64,000 bases of DNA from Akkermansia sp. (GCA_045531695.1 JAZSEM010000053.1:1307-65306); one strand, 5' to 3'. Positions 20,171 to 30,221 are shown, counted from the stretch's first letter. Translations and numbers: made by a program. The notes: a model not told the origin generated them from the sequence alone.

Positions 20171-21559
20171 TTATTTGGTGGGTTTAAGGGTGGGGAAAAG
20201 TTCGTACATGGTATGTTCCATACCGGCGGAGCGGGAGCCTTTGAACAGAATGGCATCCCCCGGTTCAATCATGCGACGCAGCGCTGTCGCTGCCTCGTCT
20301 GCCGTGCTGACCAGCATGGCGGGAATGGTTTCGGCGGCGGCCTCGCACAGAGCCAGCGTTTCGGCACATTCGGGGCCGACCACGACAACGGCTGTGTAAC
20401 CCAGACCGGCTGCACACATGCCTATCTCAGCATGGGCAGCTACGCCACCTTCACCCAGTTCGCCCATTTTACCCAGTACGGCAAAGCAGCGCTTAGGTCC
20501 GCGCAGGGCGGCCACGGTGTGCAGGGCGGCTTTCATGCTCTCGGGGTTGGCGTTGTATGTGTCGTCAACAACGGTAAATCCGTCTACCTCCTTGCAGCCC
20601 AGACGCCCCTTGGTGAGCGCGGCTGCGGAAAGCCCATCGGCAATCTGCTGCAGGGTGCAGCCGAGTTTCCAACCGGCGGCGGCAGCCAGCAGGCTGTTGC
20701 TCACCATGTGGGCACCGGGGACGGGCAGGTTCACTCGTACCTCGCCTACGCCGTCAATGTGCAGGTCGTAGCTGCTGCCTGCTGTCGTGGAGCGCACGTT
20801 GAGGGCTCGCACCGGGCTTTCACACCCGCCGACGGGCAGGGGGGTGGCCTTTGTGCCGGCAGCAATCGTGGCGGCAAAGTCATCTGTCGCCGGGTAAATC
20901 ATGTAGCCCTCGGCAGGCAGGGCTCGGGCAACAGTGCATTTTTCTTCGGCAATGGCCTCACGCGTGCCGAGGTATTCGAGGTGGGCCGAGCCGATGGTGG
21001 TGATGATGCCGATTTGCGGCTGGGTCATGCGGCAGAGCGGGGCCAGCTCGCCTGCGTGGTTCATACCCATTTCCCAGATGGCGGCTTCAGTGCCTTTTTC
21101 GGCGCTGAGAATACTCAGCGGTGTACCGATATGGTTGTTGAGGTTGCCCTTGGTGGCAATGGCGTTGAAGCGCTGTGAAAGCACGGACAGGCACATGTCC
21201 TTGGTGCTTGTCTTGCCGCTGGAGCCGGTCAGACCCACCACATGCAGCGGTGCCAGCTGACCGCGCCACCAGTGAGCGAGCTCCTGCAGGGCAGTCAGGG
21301 TGTCGGGAACCAATATGACGGTACAGGCAGGGTCGTAGTTGCCCACCAGTCGGCTCACGACCACGGCGGCGGCATCGGCCGAGGCGGCTGCTGCAAAGTT
21401 GTTGGCATCGAACCGCTCGCCGCTCAGTGCCAGAAAGATGCTGCCGGGCACAACGGCGCGGCTGTCGGTGGTAAGCCCGGCTGTGATGGCGCGGGTACCC
21501 ATGGCCACGGCCTGACCGGCTGTAGCGGAAATGAGGTCACTGATGGCGATGCTCTGCAT
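20171..21559 (-). CDS. murF: UDP-MurNAc-tripeptide:D-Ala-D-Ala ligase MurF
   Basis: TGSSGKTSTK, NLNNHIG, EMGMNH, DDTYNANPES and KGSRS motifs. Confidence 0.96.
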   Translation of the reverse strand: MQSIAISDLISATAGQAVAMGTRAITAGLTTDSRAVVPGSIFLALSGERFDANNFAAAASADAAAVVVSRLVGNYDPACTVILVPDTLTALQELAHWWRGQLAPLHVVGLTGSSGKTSTKDMCLSVLSQRFNAIATKGNLNNHIGTPLSILSAEKGTEAAIWEMGMNHAGELAPLCRMTQPQIGIITTIGSAHLEYLGTREAIAEEKCTVARALPAEGYMIYPATDDFAATIAAGTKATPLPVGGCESPVRALNVRSTTAGSSYDLHIDGVGEVRVNLPVPGAHMVSNSLLAAAAGWKLGCTLQQIADGLSAAALTKGRLGCKEVDGFTVVDDTYNANPESMKAALHTVAALRGPKRCFAVLGKMGELGEGGVAAHAEIGMCAAGLGYTAVVVVGPECAETLALCEAAAETIPAMLVSTADEAATALRRMIEPGDAILFKGSRSAGMEHTMYELFPTLKPTK

Positions 21560-21573
21560 GGTCGTAGAATAGG

Positions 21574-23100
21574 TTACTTTTTGCCTTCGGGTTTGCGGGA
21601 GGGGACGCTGCGACCCTCGGGGTTTTTCTCCTCGTAGTATTTCTGCACCACGGCGGAGTCCGAGAAGGTGATAGTCTCGTCTGCAAAAATCTGGTAATTT
21701 TCGTGTCCCTTACCGGCGATGAGAATGCAGTCACCGGGGCGGGCATTCTCGAGAGCGGAGCGAATAGCTTCCGCTCGGTCTGTGATGCGGTGCTGCTTCT
21801 CCTTGGGAATACCGGGCATGATTTCGTCGATAATCTTCTCGGGGTCTTCGGAGCGGGGGTTATCGCTGGTAACGATGCACACATCGCTGTAGCGAGCGGC
21901 GGCCTCGCCCATGAGCGGGCGCTTGGTGGTGTCGCGGTCGCCACCGCAACCGAACACGGTGAACACGCGACCCTGACGGCAAAGCTGCTTCATGGTGCGG
22001 CATACGTTCTCGACGGCATCGGGTGTGTGGGCGTAATCCACAAAGCACTGCACGTTGTTCACGCTGCTGACCAGCTCCATGCGACCCGGTACCTGCGGAG
22101 ACTGAGCCAGGCAGGAGATGGCATCGCGCACGTTGATACCGGCCGAAACGGCACCGGCCAGAGCAGCCAGACTGTTGCTGAGGTTGAACTCGCCGATGAG
22201 CGGGGTGCGCACCAGGTAAATCTTGCCCTGATAGTGCAGTTCATACTGGCTGCCTTTCAGAGAAACCAGTCGGGGCTCGGCGCGGAAATCGGCATCCTTG
22301 GCCAGACCGAAGGTACGCACACGCATGATGGGGCGCAGTTCATCTGCCAGACGGCGACCGTACTCGTCATCGATATTGATGACGGCCGTGGCCTTGGGGG
22401 CGCCGCTGGTGGCCATGCTGGTGAAGAGGAGTTTCTTGGCCTGATAGTATTCCTCCATATTACCGTGGTAATCCAAGTGGTCCTGAGTCAGATTGGTGAA
22501 AATACCCACGCGGAACTCACAACCGGCCGTGCGCTGCTGGTGCAGCGCGTGCGAGGATACTTCCATGGCGCAGGCGCGGCAGCCGTTCTTGACCATATCA
22601 GCGAGCATGCTCTGCAGTTCGGCGCAGCCGGGGGTGGTGTTGTGCGAGGGCTGGCGCTGAGCACCGTCGTCATACAGAATGGTGCCGATGAGGCCGGCTT
22701 TCTGCCAGGTGGCGCGGAAAATGGCGTTGGTGAGGTAGCTGATGGTGGTCTTGCCGTTGGTGCCGGTCACGCCGAGCATGACGAGCTGCTGGCTGGGGAC
22801 ATCATGCCAGGCGCTCATGAGCAGGCCGTCTGCCAGATGGCTGTCGGTTACCTGAACCCAGCATACGCCGGCCTGAGTTGCTGTGGCAGGGCAGGGGGTC
22901 TCTGCAACAATGGCAACGGCACCGGCAGCAATGGCGCTGTCGATGGCGCTGTGACCGTCAAACTGTGTGCCCTTCACGGCCACAAAACAGCTGCCGGGTA
23001 CCACGCGGCGACTGTCGTCTGTCAGCAGGGTGAGCGGCTTGCTCAGTTTGCCTGTCACCACGGCTCCGGGGAGCACTGAGAAGAGTTGTTTGCTGTTCAT
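21574..23100 (-). CDS. murE: UDP-MurNAc-dipeptide:meso-DAP ligase MurE
   Basis: TGTNGKTT, MEVSSH, DYAHTPDA and GCGGDRD motifs. The DNPR motif indicates DAP specificity. Confidence 0.96.
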   Translation of the reverse strand: MNSKQLFSVLPGAVVTGKLSKPLTLLTDDSRRVVPGSCFVAVKGTQFDGHSAIDSAIAAGAVAIVAETPCPATATQAGVCWVQVTDSHLADGLLMSAWHDVPSQQLVMLGVTGTNGKTTISYLTNAIFRATWQKAGLIGTILYDDGAQRQPSHNTTPGCAELQSMLADMVKNGCRACAMEVSSHALHQQRTAGCEFRVGIFTNLTQDHLDYHGNMEEYYQAKKLLFTSMATSGAPKATAVINIDDEYGRRLADELRPIMRVRTFGLAKDADFRAEPRLVSLKGSQYELHYQGKIYLVRTPLIGEFNLSNSLAALAGAVSAGINVRDAISCLAQSPQVPGRMELVSSVNNVQCFVDYAHTPDAVENVCRTMKQLCRQGRVFTVFGCGGDRDTTKRPLMGEAAARYSDVCIVTSDNPRSEDPEKIIDEIMPGIPKEKQHRITDRAEAIRSALENARPGDCILIAGKGHENYQIFADETITFSDSAVVQKYYEEKNPEGRSVPSRKPEGKK

Positions 23101-23133
23101 GTCTGATGTGTGTGCTGGGGTGAATATTCGGGG

Positions 23134-25377
23134 TTATTTTTTCGGGGCTTCGCCGTTCTTTTCGGCCAGATATTTTTCGTAAGCTTCGGGGTCGCTCGGC
23201 TGCAGGTTCAGGACTTTGATGAACTCCTCGGCCGCAGAGCGGAATATCGGGGCGGCTACCGTACCGCCACCGGCGTTGCAATCGCGGGGATTCGGTTCGT
23301 CAATGACGGTCATGACAACCAGGCGCGGATCATCAATGGGCAGCACGCCGGCAAAGGATACCGTGTAGAGGCCTTCATAGTATCCTACACCACCGGCTTT
23401 CACTTTCTTGGCGGTACCGGTCTTGCCGCCGATACGGAAGCCGGGAATAGCTGCCTGCGTAGCAGTGCCTCGACCGGCCGGTCCCTTTTTCTCGGTTACA
23501 CTCTCGAGAGCTCCTCGTATGGCGCGTGCCGTGCCTTCTGACATGACTCGGCATACTTCCTGCGGTTTGCACTCGTCGTACACGGTGCCGTCGGAGGCTA
23601 TGATGCTGTCAATCAGGCGGGGTTTCATGCGCACACCACCGTTGGCGATGGTGGCATAAACCATGGCCATGTGCAGGGGGGATACGGAGACTGAGTACCC
23701 GTAGGCAATACGGGAGAAGTTGACGATGTGGTTGCCGTTGGCCAGCTGGCAGGAGCCACCGCTGGGCAGGTCAATGCCCGCACTCTGGGTCAGGCCGTAG
23801 CGCTCAACGTACTCCTTGTACAACGGCCATTTGCAGGCCATGGCCACACGGGCTGCACCGGGGTTACTGGATTTCTTGAGCATCTGACCCACGGTGAGTA
23901 CACCGTAGTTGAAGCGACCGTCATTGATAGCCTTGCTACCGCCACCCACCGAGAACGGCTGGCAGCTCACATAGGAGTTAATGCCCATGACCCCGTTATC
24001 CACAGCAGCTGTAACGGCTACTACCTTAAAAGTGGAACCCGGTTCATAGCGAGCCTGGCAGGCAAAGTTGAAGTCACCGGTAATGGGGTTGCCTTTTTCG
24101 TCCTTCAGGCTGCCACGCTTGTGGGTGCCCTCGTGGGTAATGACTTCCTTGGTGTTGAGATTGATGGCAGGGCGACTTACCATGGCAAGTATGTCGCCGG
24201 TCTTGGGATCCACCACAATCATGCAGCCTCTTTTGGCGCGGAAGTGGCGCATACCCTTGTCGAGTGCCTGCTCGCAGATGGTCTGCAGGCGCATGTCGAT
24301 GGTGAGTCGCAGGTTCAGACCGTGTTTAGGGGCCAGATAGCGGTCGTCCTCATTGGGCAGCACCAGTCCGCGGGCATTGTGGCGGTACTCTCTCAGACCA
24401 TCGGTGCCGGCCAGGTAGCTGTTGAACACGCCCTCTACGCCACCGGTGCCGTTGTTATCGGCGTCCACGTAGCCTACTACATGGCTGAGCATATCGGGTA
24501 CTACGTAGCTGCGGCGCAGCTCACTCTGCACGATGACGCCGTGCACGTGGGCTTTCTTAAGTGCCTCCTTAATCTGGTCGGCGCAATCTATCGTCAATCC
24601 GCGAGCAATCTTAATCTGCTGGCGGTAGCGTCGTTTCTTCTCGCCTCGGGCCTCGGCGTCCTTATTGAACTCCTCAACCTCAGGCTGAGCAATCATGCGA
24701 ATGATATCCTCCTTGGTCACATAGCGCACTCGAACCTCGGTCTTGGCGGGGATGACGGTAGTCTTGCCACGGCGGGTGAGCGTACGCTCGGGCTCAAGCT
24801 CCACGGTCTCCTTAATCTCTATATCCTTAATATAGGGGTGAATGATTTCTGCAACCAGCTTGTCGTGTGCACGGAAAAGCGCCTCGCACTTGGCCGGGTC
24901 GTACTCGCTTGCCTGATTGGGTTTCTCGTCGCTGAGCATGGCCTGGCGTCGCTTTTCGGCCCGCTCTTCCTTAGTCATTTCAATCTGGACGAGCTCCATG
25001 AGGTCGCTGCGAGCCTCGGCATACATTTTGCGGCGCTTTGCAGGGTCTGTTTCGGCTTGCCACTTGTCGGTGTGGCTGATTTGGTTGTAGGCCAGACCGT
25101 AGACTACGAGGGTGAGATTGCGCAGGTGGTAGCGATCGCCAATGAGTTCAGCCGTCTGAATGTTGTTGGTCAGGGGCTCCTCGTTCCTGTCCATGATAAC
25201 ACCGCGCTCGGCCGGTATGCGCTCGCGCTCAATGAGCTCCTCTGCGGCAATCTGACGGCGGTTATCGCTGTCTACTACCTGCAACTCCACCAGCCTGATA
25301 GCAATCGAGCTTGAAATCACCATAATCAGCACGCAAAGCCAGAAACAGCGACCGGCAAATGGTACTTTGGTTTTCAT
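23134..25377 (-). CDS. ftsI: Class B penicillin-binding protein (FtsI/PBP3)
   Basis: N-terminal TM helix, ERGVIMDRN, and the transpeptidase motifs STFK, SSN and KTGT. Located in the dcw cluster. Confidence 0.9.
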   Translation of the reverse strand: MKTKVPFAGRCFWLCVLIMVISSSIAIRLVELQVVDSDNRRQIAAEELIERERIPAERGVIMDRNEEPLTNNIQTAELIGDRYHLRNLTLVVYGLAYNQISHTDKWQAETDPAKRRKMYAEARSDLMELVQIEMTKEERAEKRRQAMLSDEKPNQASEYDPAKCEALFRAHDKLVAEIIHPYIKDIEIKETVELEPERTLTRRGKTTVIPAKTEVRVRYVTKEDIIRMIAQPEVEEFNKDAEARGEKKRRYRQQIKIARGLTIDCADQIKEALKKAHVHGVIVQSELRRSYVVPDMLSHVVGYVDADNNGTGGVEGVFNSYLAGTDGLREYRHNARGLVLPNEDDRYLAPKHGLNLRLTIDMRLQTICEQALDKGMRHFRAKRGCMIVVDPKTGDILAMVSRPAINLNTKEVITHEGTHKRGSLKDEKGNPITGDFNFACQARYEPGSTFKVVAVTAAVDNGVMGINSYVSCQPFSVGGGSKAINDGRFNYGVLTVGQMLKKSSNPGAARVAMACKWPLYKEYVERYGLTQSAGIDLPSGGSCQLANGNHIVNFSRIAYGYSVSVSPLHMAMVYATIANGGVRMKPRLIDSIIASDGTVYDECKPQEVCRVMSEGTARAIRGALESVTEKKGPAGRGTATQAAIPGFRIGGKTGTAKKVKAGGVGYYEGLYTVSFAGVLPIDDPRLVVMTVIDEPNPRDCNAGGGTVAAPIFRSAAEEFIKVLNLQPSDPEAYEKYLAEKNGEAPKK

Positions 25378-25424
25378 GGATTACGACGTTATCGGGTGGT
25401 ATCAGGTGATTTATGCTGAAGGAA

Positions 25425-25775
25425 TCAGCGTGCTGCGGTTGCGCTTGCCCGGTTCATATCCCTTTCGGAGCGGGCGAACTCAATCTGATGGCGTGAGATT
25501 GTGCGCAGGGTGGACTGGTCGGCCATCAGGCGTGTGCGCATGGCCCAGCGGTTGGTCTGAGAGTTGATTTTGGCGCGATACTGGTTGGCAGACATGCGAC
25601 AGACGGCGATTTCGCGCTCGAGCTTGTTAATCTCAGTTTTGATGGCTACCTGCTGGTTTTTGAAGTAGGCGTAGGCTATCCCACTGGCTGAGGTGATGAT
25701 GGCAAACGCAACCATCCATAAAAGGAAGGTGAGGCTGATGCGACCGGCGAAACGAGAGGAAATGGTGCGAGACAT
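25425..25775 (-). CDS. ftsL: FtsL-like bitopic coiled-coil protein
   Basis: Likely start MSRTISS (25775), one TM helix then a coiled coil, in the canonical position between rsmH and ftsI. Confidence 0.7.
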   Translation of the reverse strand: MSRTISSRFAGRISLTFLLWMVAFAIITSASGIAYAYFKNQQVAIKTEINKLEREIAVCRMSANQYRAKINSQTNRWAMRTRLMADQSTLRTISRHQIEFARSERDMNRASATAAR

Positions 25776-25807
25776 AGCGAGATGTAGAGGAGAATGAGAG
25801 TTAGCAG

Positions 25808-27265
25808 TCAGAGCTTTTCGATAACTCGCAGCTTGGCGCTGCGGGAGCGGGGATTGGCAGAGAGCTCCTGCTCTGCCGGGGTGATAGGTTTGCGATAAAC
25901 TAAACGCGCGGCATAGGCCGGGTTCGGACGGGGTGCCGGCCATTCCGGGCGGTCAATTTCGGGCTTGCATACAAGCTCGAAGTAGCGCTTGACGGCACGG
26001 TCTTCCAGGCTGTGAAAGGTGATAACGGCAAAGCGACCGCCACTCTTGAGCATGCTCAGTCCGCTCTGCAGCAGGGCATCGAGTGCCCCCAGCTCATCGT
26101 TGACGGCTATGCGAAGCGCCTGGAAACTGCGGGTGGCAGGGTGCTGTTTGCCCTTGCGGGGCAGTACAGTGGCAATGAGGTCTGCCAGCTGCGTGGTGGT
26201 GGTGATGGGGGCTTTGGCGCGTTCCTGCACAATGCGGCGTGCAATGGCGCGGCTGGCGCGCTCCTCGCCGTACTGCCACAGGATGTCGGCGATTTCACTC
26301 TCGGCGGCGGTGTTGACGATATCGGCTGCGCTGCGGGGGGCAGAGGGGTTCATGCGCATGTCCAGCGGTCCTTCATGCAGGAAGGAGAAACCGCGCTCGG
26401 CGCAGTCGACCTGAGGGGAGGATATGCCGATGTCGGCCAGCAGGCCGTCCACCTGTTCCACGCCGTGCTTGCGCAGCATTTCAGCAGCGTTGCGGAAATT
26501 GCCGGCTACCACATGCAGGCGCTCACCAAACTGAGCCAGACGGGCTTTGGCAGCTGCGCGGGCTGCAGGGTCCTGATCAATGCCCCACACCTCGGCACCG
26601 GCCTGCAGCAGGCGCTCTGTGTGGCCACCGCCACCCAGAGTGGCGTCGACCAGTACTTTGCCCTCTGCGGGCTGAAGTGCCTCCACGGCCTCGTTGAGCA
26701 GCACTGTGACATGGTGGAACTCACCCGAAGTGTACCCGGGTGTATCGGCTTCCTCGTCGCTCTCGCAGCGGCTCTCCTGCTGCCAGGTTGTGGCCTCTGC
26801 TGCAGTCATGGCCTGTACGATGGGCTCGGTGCACCAGCTCATGCCGGGGGTGGCAGACTGCCAGCGCTTCAGCATGTCGCTCACGCTCTCTTCGCCCAAC
26901 ATCTGCATGAGAACCTCAGCAGCAGCTGTGCCCAGTCGGTATGCCAGCACGGCATCGTGCGCCTGCAGGGCTTCGCCCAGCGCCTCTGCGCGCGCGAAAG
27001 AAAAGGCTGTTCGTTCTGCCTGTGTCAACGGCTCCTCTACCATCTTGACAGTAAGGTTCTTGAGCTCGTTTTCGAGCTGTCCGAGCAGTCCGCGGGAGCC
27101 CTTGATGCCGGCATCTCTCATGCGGCCAAGCAATGCCCGGCGCTGCGTAGCCCACTCCGCAAGTTGCTCTGAGGGCAGGGCACTCGACTCCCACATAAGC
27201 ACCCGGTAACAGGTGCCTTGCGGCTCGGTGGCTTTCGCCCGGGTTATGGAGGTGGCGGGGTTCAT
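25808..27265 (-). CDS. rsmH: 16S rRNA m4C1402 methyltransferase RsmH with ~180-aa N-terminal extension
   Basis: Core motifs HVTVLL, DATLGGGGH, DIGISSPQ, GPLDMRM, ITFHSLEDR and NPRSRSAKLR. The ATG shares a base with the mraZ stop (TGATG). Confidence 0.92.
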   Translation of the reverse strand: MNPATSITRAKATEPQGTCYRVLMWESSALPSEQLAEWATQRRALLGRMRDAGIKGSRGLLGQLENELKNLTVKMVEEPLTQAERTAFSFARAEALGEALQAHDAVLAYRLGTAAAEVLMQMLGEESVSDMLKRWQSATPGMSWCTEPIVQAMTAAEATTWQQESRCESDEEADTPGYTSGEFHHVTVLLNEAVEALQPAEGKVLVDATLGGGGHTERLLQAGAEVWGIDQDPAARAAAKARLAQFGERLHVVAGNFRNAAEMLRKHGVEQVDGLLADIGISSPQVDCAERGFSFLHEGPLDMRMNPSAPRSAADIVNTAAESEIADILWQYGEERASRAIARRIVQERAKAPITTTTQLADLIATVLPRKGKQHPATRSFQALRIAVNDELGALDALLQSGLSMLKSGGRFAVITFHSLEDRAVKRYFELVCKPEIDRPEWPAPRPNPAYAARLVYRKPITPAEQELSANPRSRSAKLRVIEKL

Positions 27266-27741
27266 CAGAGCATGCGGAATTTCTTGTTGAGCGAGCTTTC
27301 TGCGGCGGCTTTCTGCTCGGTGTCGGCGTCGAAGTCGGCGGTGTTCCAGATTTCGAAGTGCATGGTTCGGCCTACGAGTCGGGCATATTCCCCTAGCTTC
27401 AGTCTGTCTCGCTGTTGCTTGGGTATGAGTAGCTTGCCCTGAGCATTCACCTCGGTCACAAAGCTTTTACCCGCGATGTCGCCAATGAACTCATCGACGT
27501 CACCCATTTCGTAGCCATCCGCTAGTGCCCGTTCTCGGATTTCGTGTAGCTTTTCTGCAAAGCTTTCGTGCGTAAAGCACTTAATCACCTTGTATTTCTG
27601 ATTGCTGCTACTGCTATCCAGCAGAACTAGCTCCTGACCGAAGATTGCACGCCAACCAGCCGGGATCGCCACTCTGTTTTTGGGATCCAGCTTGTGGGCA
27701 TAATTGCCCATAAACATGACTTTTGGTGCAGCTTCGGTCAT
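27265..27741 (-). CDS. mraZ: Division/cell wall cluster transcriptional repressor MraZ
   Basis: KLDPKNRVAIP and VNAQGKLLIP duplicated SpoVT/AbrB motifs, and FEIWN. First gene of the dcw cluster. Likely start 27741. Confidence 0.92.
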   Translation of the reverse strand: MTEAAPKVMFMGNYAHKLDPKNRVAIPAGWRAIFGQELVLLDSSSSNQKYKVIKCFTHESFAEKLHEIRERALADGYEMGDVDEFIGDIAGKSFVTEVNAQGKLLIPKQQRDRLKLGEYARLVGRTMHFEIWNTADFDADTEQKAAAESSLNKKFRML

Positions 27742-27746
27742 TTTGG

Positions 27747-27794
27747 TACACTTCGCGCTACACATAGTACACTCTAATACACCAAAAATGTCAA
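27747..27794 (-). promoter_or_regulatory. Putative MraZ operator (four GTGTA direct repeats) and -35 box
   Basis: TACAC on the + strand at 27747, 27759, 27768 and 27778 (spacing 12, 9, 10). TTGACA on the - strand at 27789-27794. Confidence 0.6.
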
Positions 27795-27948
27795 TCCAAA
27801 TTTTGAAAATTCATGAAAAAAATGCGTTCGCAAGAGGTCAACGCAAGTTGGTGGGCAGAGGGGCGCGGTGAGTGTAGCAGAAAATGCCGACTGCAGCAAG
27901 AAAAGAAAGATTGCATGTGCGCGAGAAATAGGCTAGAATAAGCGTGCA

Positions 27949-30192
27949 ATGCTCAGAACGAAGCTTTATTACACACTCGTTTTTCTAGCCGCAGCTGTAT
28001 ATTCAGGGGCTGAGGCTCAGTCGGTCGCGCCATTTGAAATGCCTCAGGACGACTATGCTGAGGCGGTAGATGAAGAAGTGGTGGAAACCGTGAATCTGGG
28101 CGGTGAGGACAATGTGAAGGATGGTCGCGGTGGCGTGAGCCAAGCCGATAGCTATGAACAGACGGCTGATCCGGAATCTCCGCTGAATGTGAACACCGGT
28201 GTTGCAGGCGGGGAGGATGAAGCCCCTGTGGTTACCCCGGGGATTAAACCTGTCGTCCCTGTGGATGATGTGGCTGAGCATGACCCCTCGCGTGTGGCGT
28301 ATGCGCGCACGCGCCGCAATGCGCGTACTATGTCACTTACCATCCCGGGGCCTCGTGGGTTGATAACTGACCGCAATGGTGAGGTCTTGGCCAGTTCTGA
28401 AGTTGCCTATCAACCGACTATTAATTTCGGGCAGCTCGAGAAAGATGACGATGCAACTGTGCTGGCTGTGGCTCGAAAAGTGATGGCTGACTATGAGGCA
28501 GCGGGTCTGAAAATCAGCGATAAGAGTGACGAACAGCTTCTTTCCCACTACCGCCATCGCAGGTGGATTCCCCTGAGTGTCGGTCCGGTAGTGCGCTCTG
28601 CTGAGGTGAAGAAGATAAAGAGTCGGCTTGAAGGCATAGAGAGAGGTTGGATGATGCCCCTCTACATTCGTCGCTATCCTGAGGGTGAAAGTGCAGGGCA
28701 CATTATCGGCTACACCGGTGTGAAGGCTAAGCTGCCCACAGGTCCCATTAACCACAATGACCCTATTTTTGAGCGACAGGAGGGGCGCGCCGGGTTGGAG
28801 TCGAAGTTCAACAAGCAGTTGACCGGTCGCCCGGGGCTCTGGCGTTTGATGTTCGATGAGAGTGGGAAAAAGATACTCGATGAACACCAGGTGAAACCCC
28901 GCCCGGGTGGCACCGTGGTGACGACGCTCAATCTTGCCTGGCAGAAGGCCGCCGAGGAATCCCTACGTCGCAATACACTGGGGCGTGGCGCCTTTGTCAT
29001 GATTGATGTGCACACCGGTGAGGTGCTGGTCATGGCCTCCGTTCCCAATTTCAATCCCAATACGTTCATTCCCTCAATTTCTCAGAAGGATTATGATGCC
29101 CTGAGAAATGATGAGAATAACCCGCTTGTATCCCGTGCGTTCGCCGGTGTGTACCCGCCGGCCTCGACCTTCAAAACGATTACGGTAGCTGCCGGTCTGC
29201 ACTTGGGGATTATACGAGAGGACACATACATCAACTGCCCCTACAGCATTCGCATCGGCGGTCATACCTTCAAAAACCACAGTAAGTTTGCCGGCAGTAT
29301 TAACTGTACGACGGCTCTCTCTGTTTCCAATAACCCCTTCATGTACCAGATTGCGGCTACGCGAGAACCACGTATCGGTGCAGAGCGTCTGTGTGCCTAC
29401 GCGCGTCGCTTTGGTTACGGTTCGACGACGGGGCTACCCATTGCCGACAAGGCGGGCAATGTTCCCGATGAATCGTGGATGTTCCGCAACTACTCCCGTG
29501 GTTTCATGCAGGGCGATGCCGCCAACATATCCATCGGTCAGGGCCCCTTGCTTGCCACTCCTCTGCAGGTGGCTCATGCCATGGCCGGTATAGCCAATGG
29601 CCAGTACCTGCCCAAACTGCACCTCGTGCGACAGATGCTCGATATTGACGGTAACGTGGTTTACCAGTTCAATCCCTCGGTTCAGTCCAACCTGCGCGAT
29701 ATGTCCGATGCGCTGGCTGTTGTGCGCCGTGGCATGCGCGCGGTGGTGTTCAATGGTTCCGGTCGTCGAGCCGCCCTCAGCTATACCGACAACGCCGGTA
29801 AGACCGGTACGGCTCAGTGGGGGCGCCCTTCCGATGATTGCCGCTTGGCTTGGTTTGCCGGGTTCCTGCCTGCCGATAATCCCCGATTCGCTTACGCTGC
29901 TCTTTATGAGGGTAAACCGCACCAGCGCATTTCCGGTGGTCGTATGGCTGCCACCATCGTGAAGAGTTTCTTCGAGTCCATCAAACCTGATATGGAGCAG
30001 GCCCTGAAGGCGCCTACCCGTGCTCTCGATGGCTCAACAACTGAAGCGCCCATGACTGAGGAGGAGCGCTTTGCTGCCGAGGCAGAGGCCGCAGCCAATG
30101 CCCAGCGCAAGGCCGATGAGGCTCGCCGCCGTCAGGAGGCCGAGCGCCGCCACCGCCAGAGCGGGTGGGATGACGGTCGCTCCCGTCATTGA
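27949..30192 (+). CDS. mrdA: Class B penicillin-binding protein (PBP2/MrdA-like)
   Basis: GPRGLITDRNG, RRYP, STFK, SNN and KTGTAQW motifs. Acidic N-terminal region and charged C-terminal tail. Confidence 0.85.
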   Translation: MLRTKLYYTLVFLAAAVYSGAEAQSVAPFEMPQDDYAEAVDEEVVETVNLGGEDNVKDGRGGVSQADSYEQTADPESPLNVNTGVAGGEDEAPVVTPGIKPVVPVDDVAEHDPSRVAYARTRRNARTMSLTIPGPRGLITDRNGEVLASSEVAYQPTINFGQLEKDDDATVLAVARKVMADYEAAGLKISDKSDEQLLSHYRHRRWIPLSVGPVVRSAEVKKIKSRLEGIERGWMMPLYIRRYPEGESAGHIIGYTGVKAKLPTGPINHNDPIFERQEGRAGLESKFNKQLTGRPGLWRLMFDESGKKILDEHQVKPRPGGTVVTTLNLAWQKAAEESLRRNTLGRGAFVMIDVHTGEVLVMASVPNFNPNTFIPSISQKDYDALRNDENNPLVSRAFAGVYPPASTFKTITVAAGLHLGIIREDTYINCPYSIRIGGHTFKNHSKFAGSINCTTALSVSNNPFMYQIAATREPRIGAERLCAYARRFGYGSTTGLPIADKAGNVPDESWMFRNYSRGFMQGDAANISIGQGPLLATPLQVAHAMAGIANGQYLPKLHLVRQMLDIDGNVVYQFNPSVQSNLRDMSDALAVVRRGMRAVVFNGSGRRAALSYTDNAGKTGTAQWGRPSDDCRLAWFAGFLPADNPRFAYAALYEGKPHQRISGGRMAATIVKSFFESIKPDMEQALKAPTRALDGSTTEAPMTEEERFAAEAEAAANAQRKADEARRRQEAERRHRQSGWDDGRSRH

Positions 30193-30221
30193 GAAAGAGC
30201 TACTATCTTTCAGAAAAAGCA

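Noticed and set aside
18980-21178. 732-aa + strand ORF
   Set aside because: Antisense shadow of mraY/murF, with no motifs. Long shadow ORFs are expected from the GC-rich codon bias.
21703-25314. 458-aa and 528-aa + strand ORFs
   Set aside because: Shadows of murE and ftsI.
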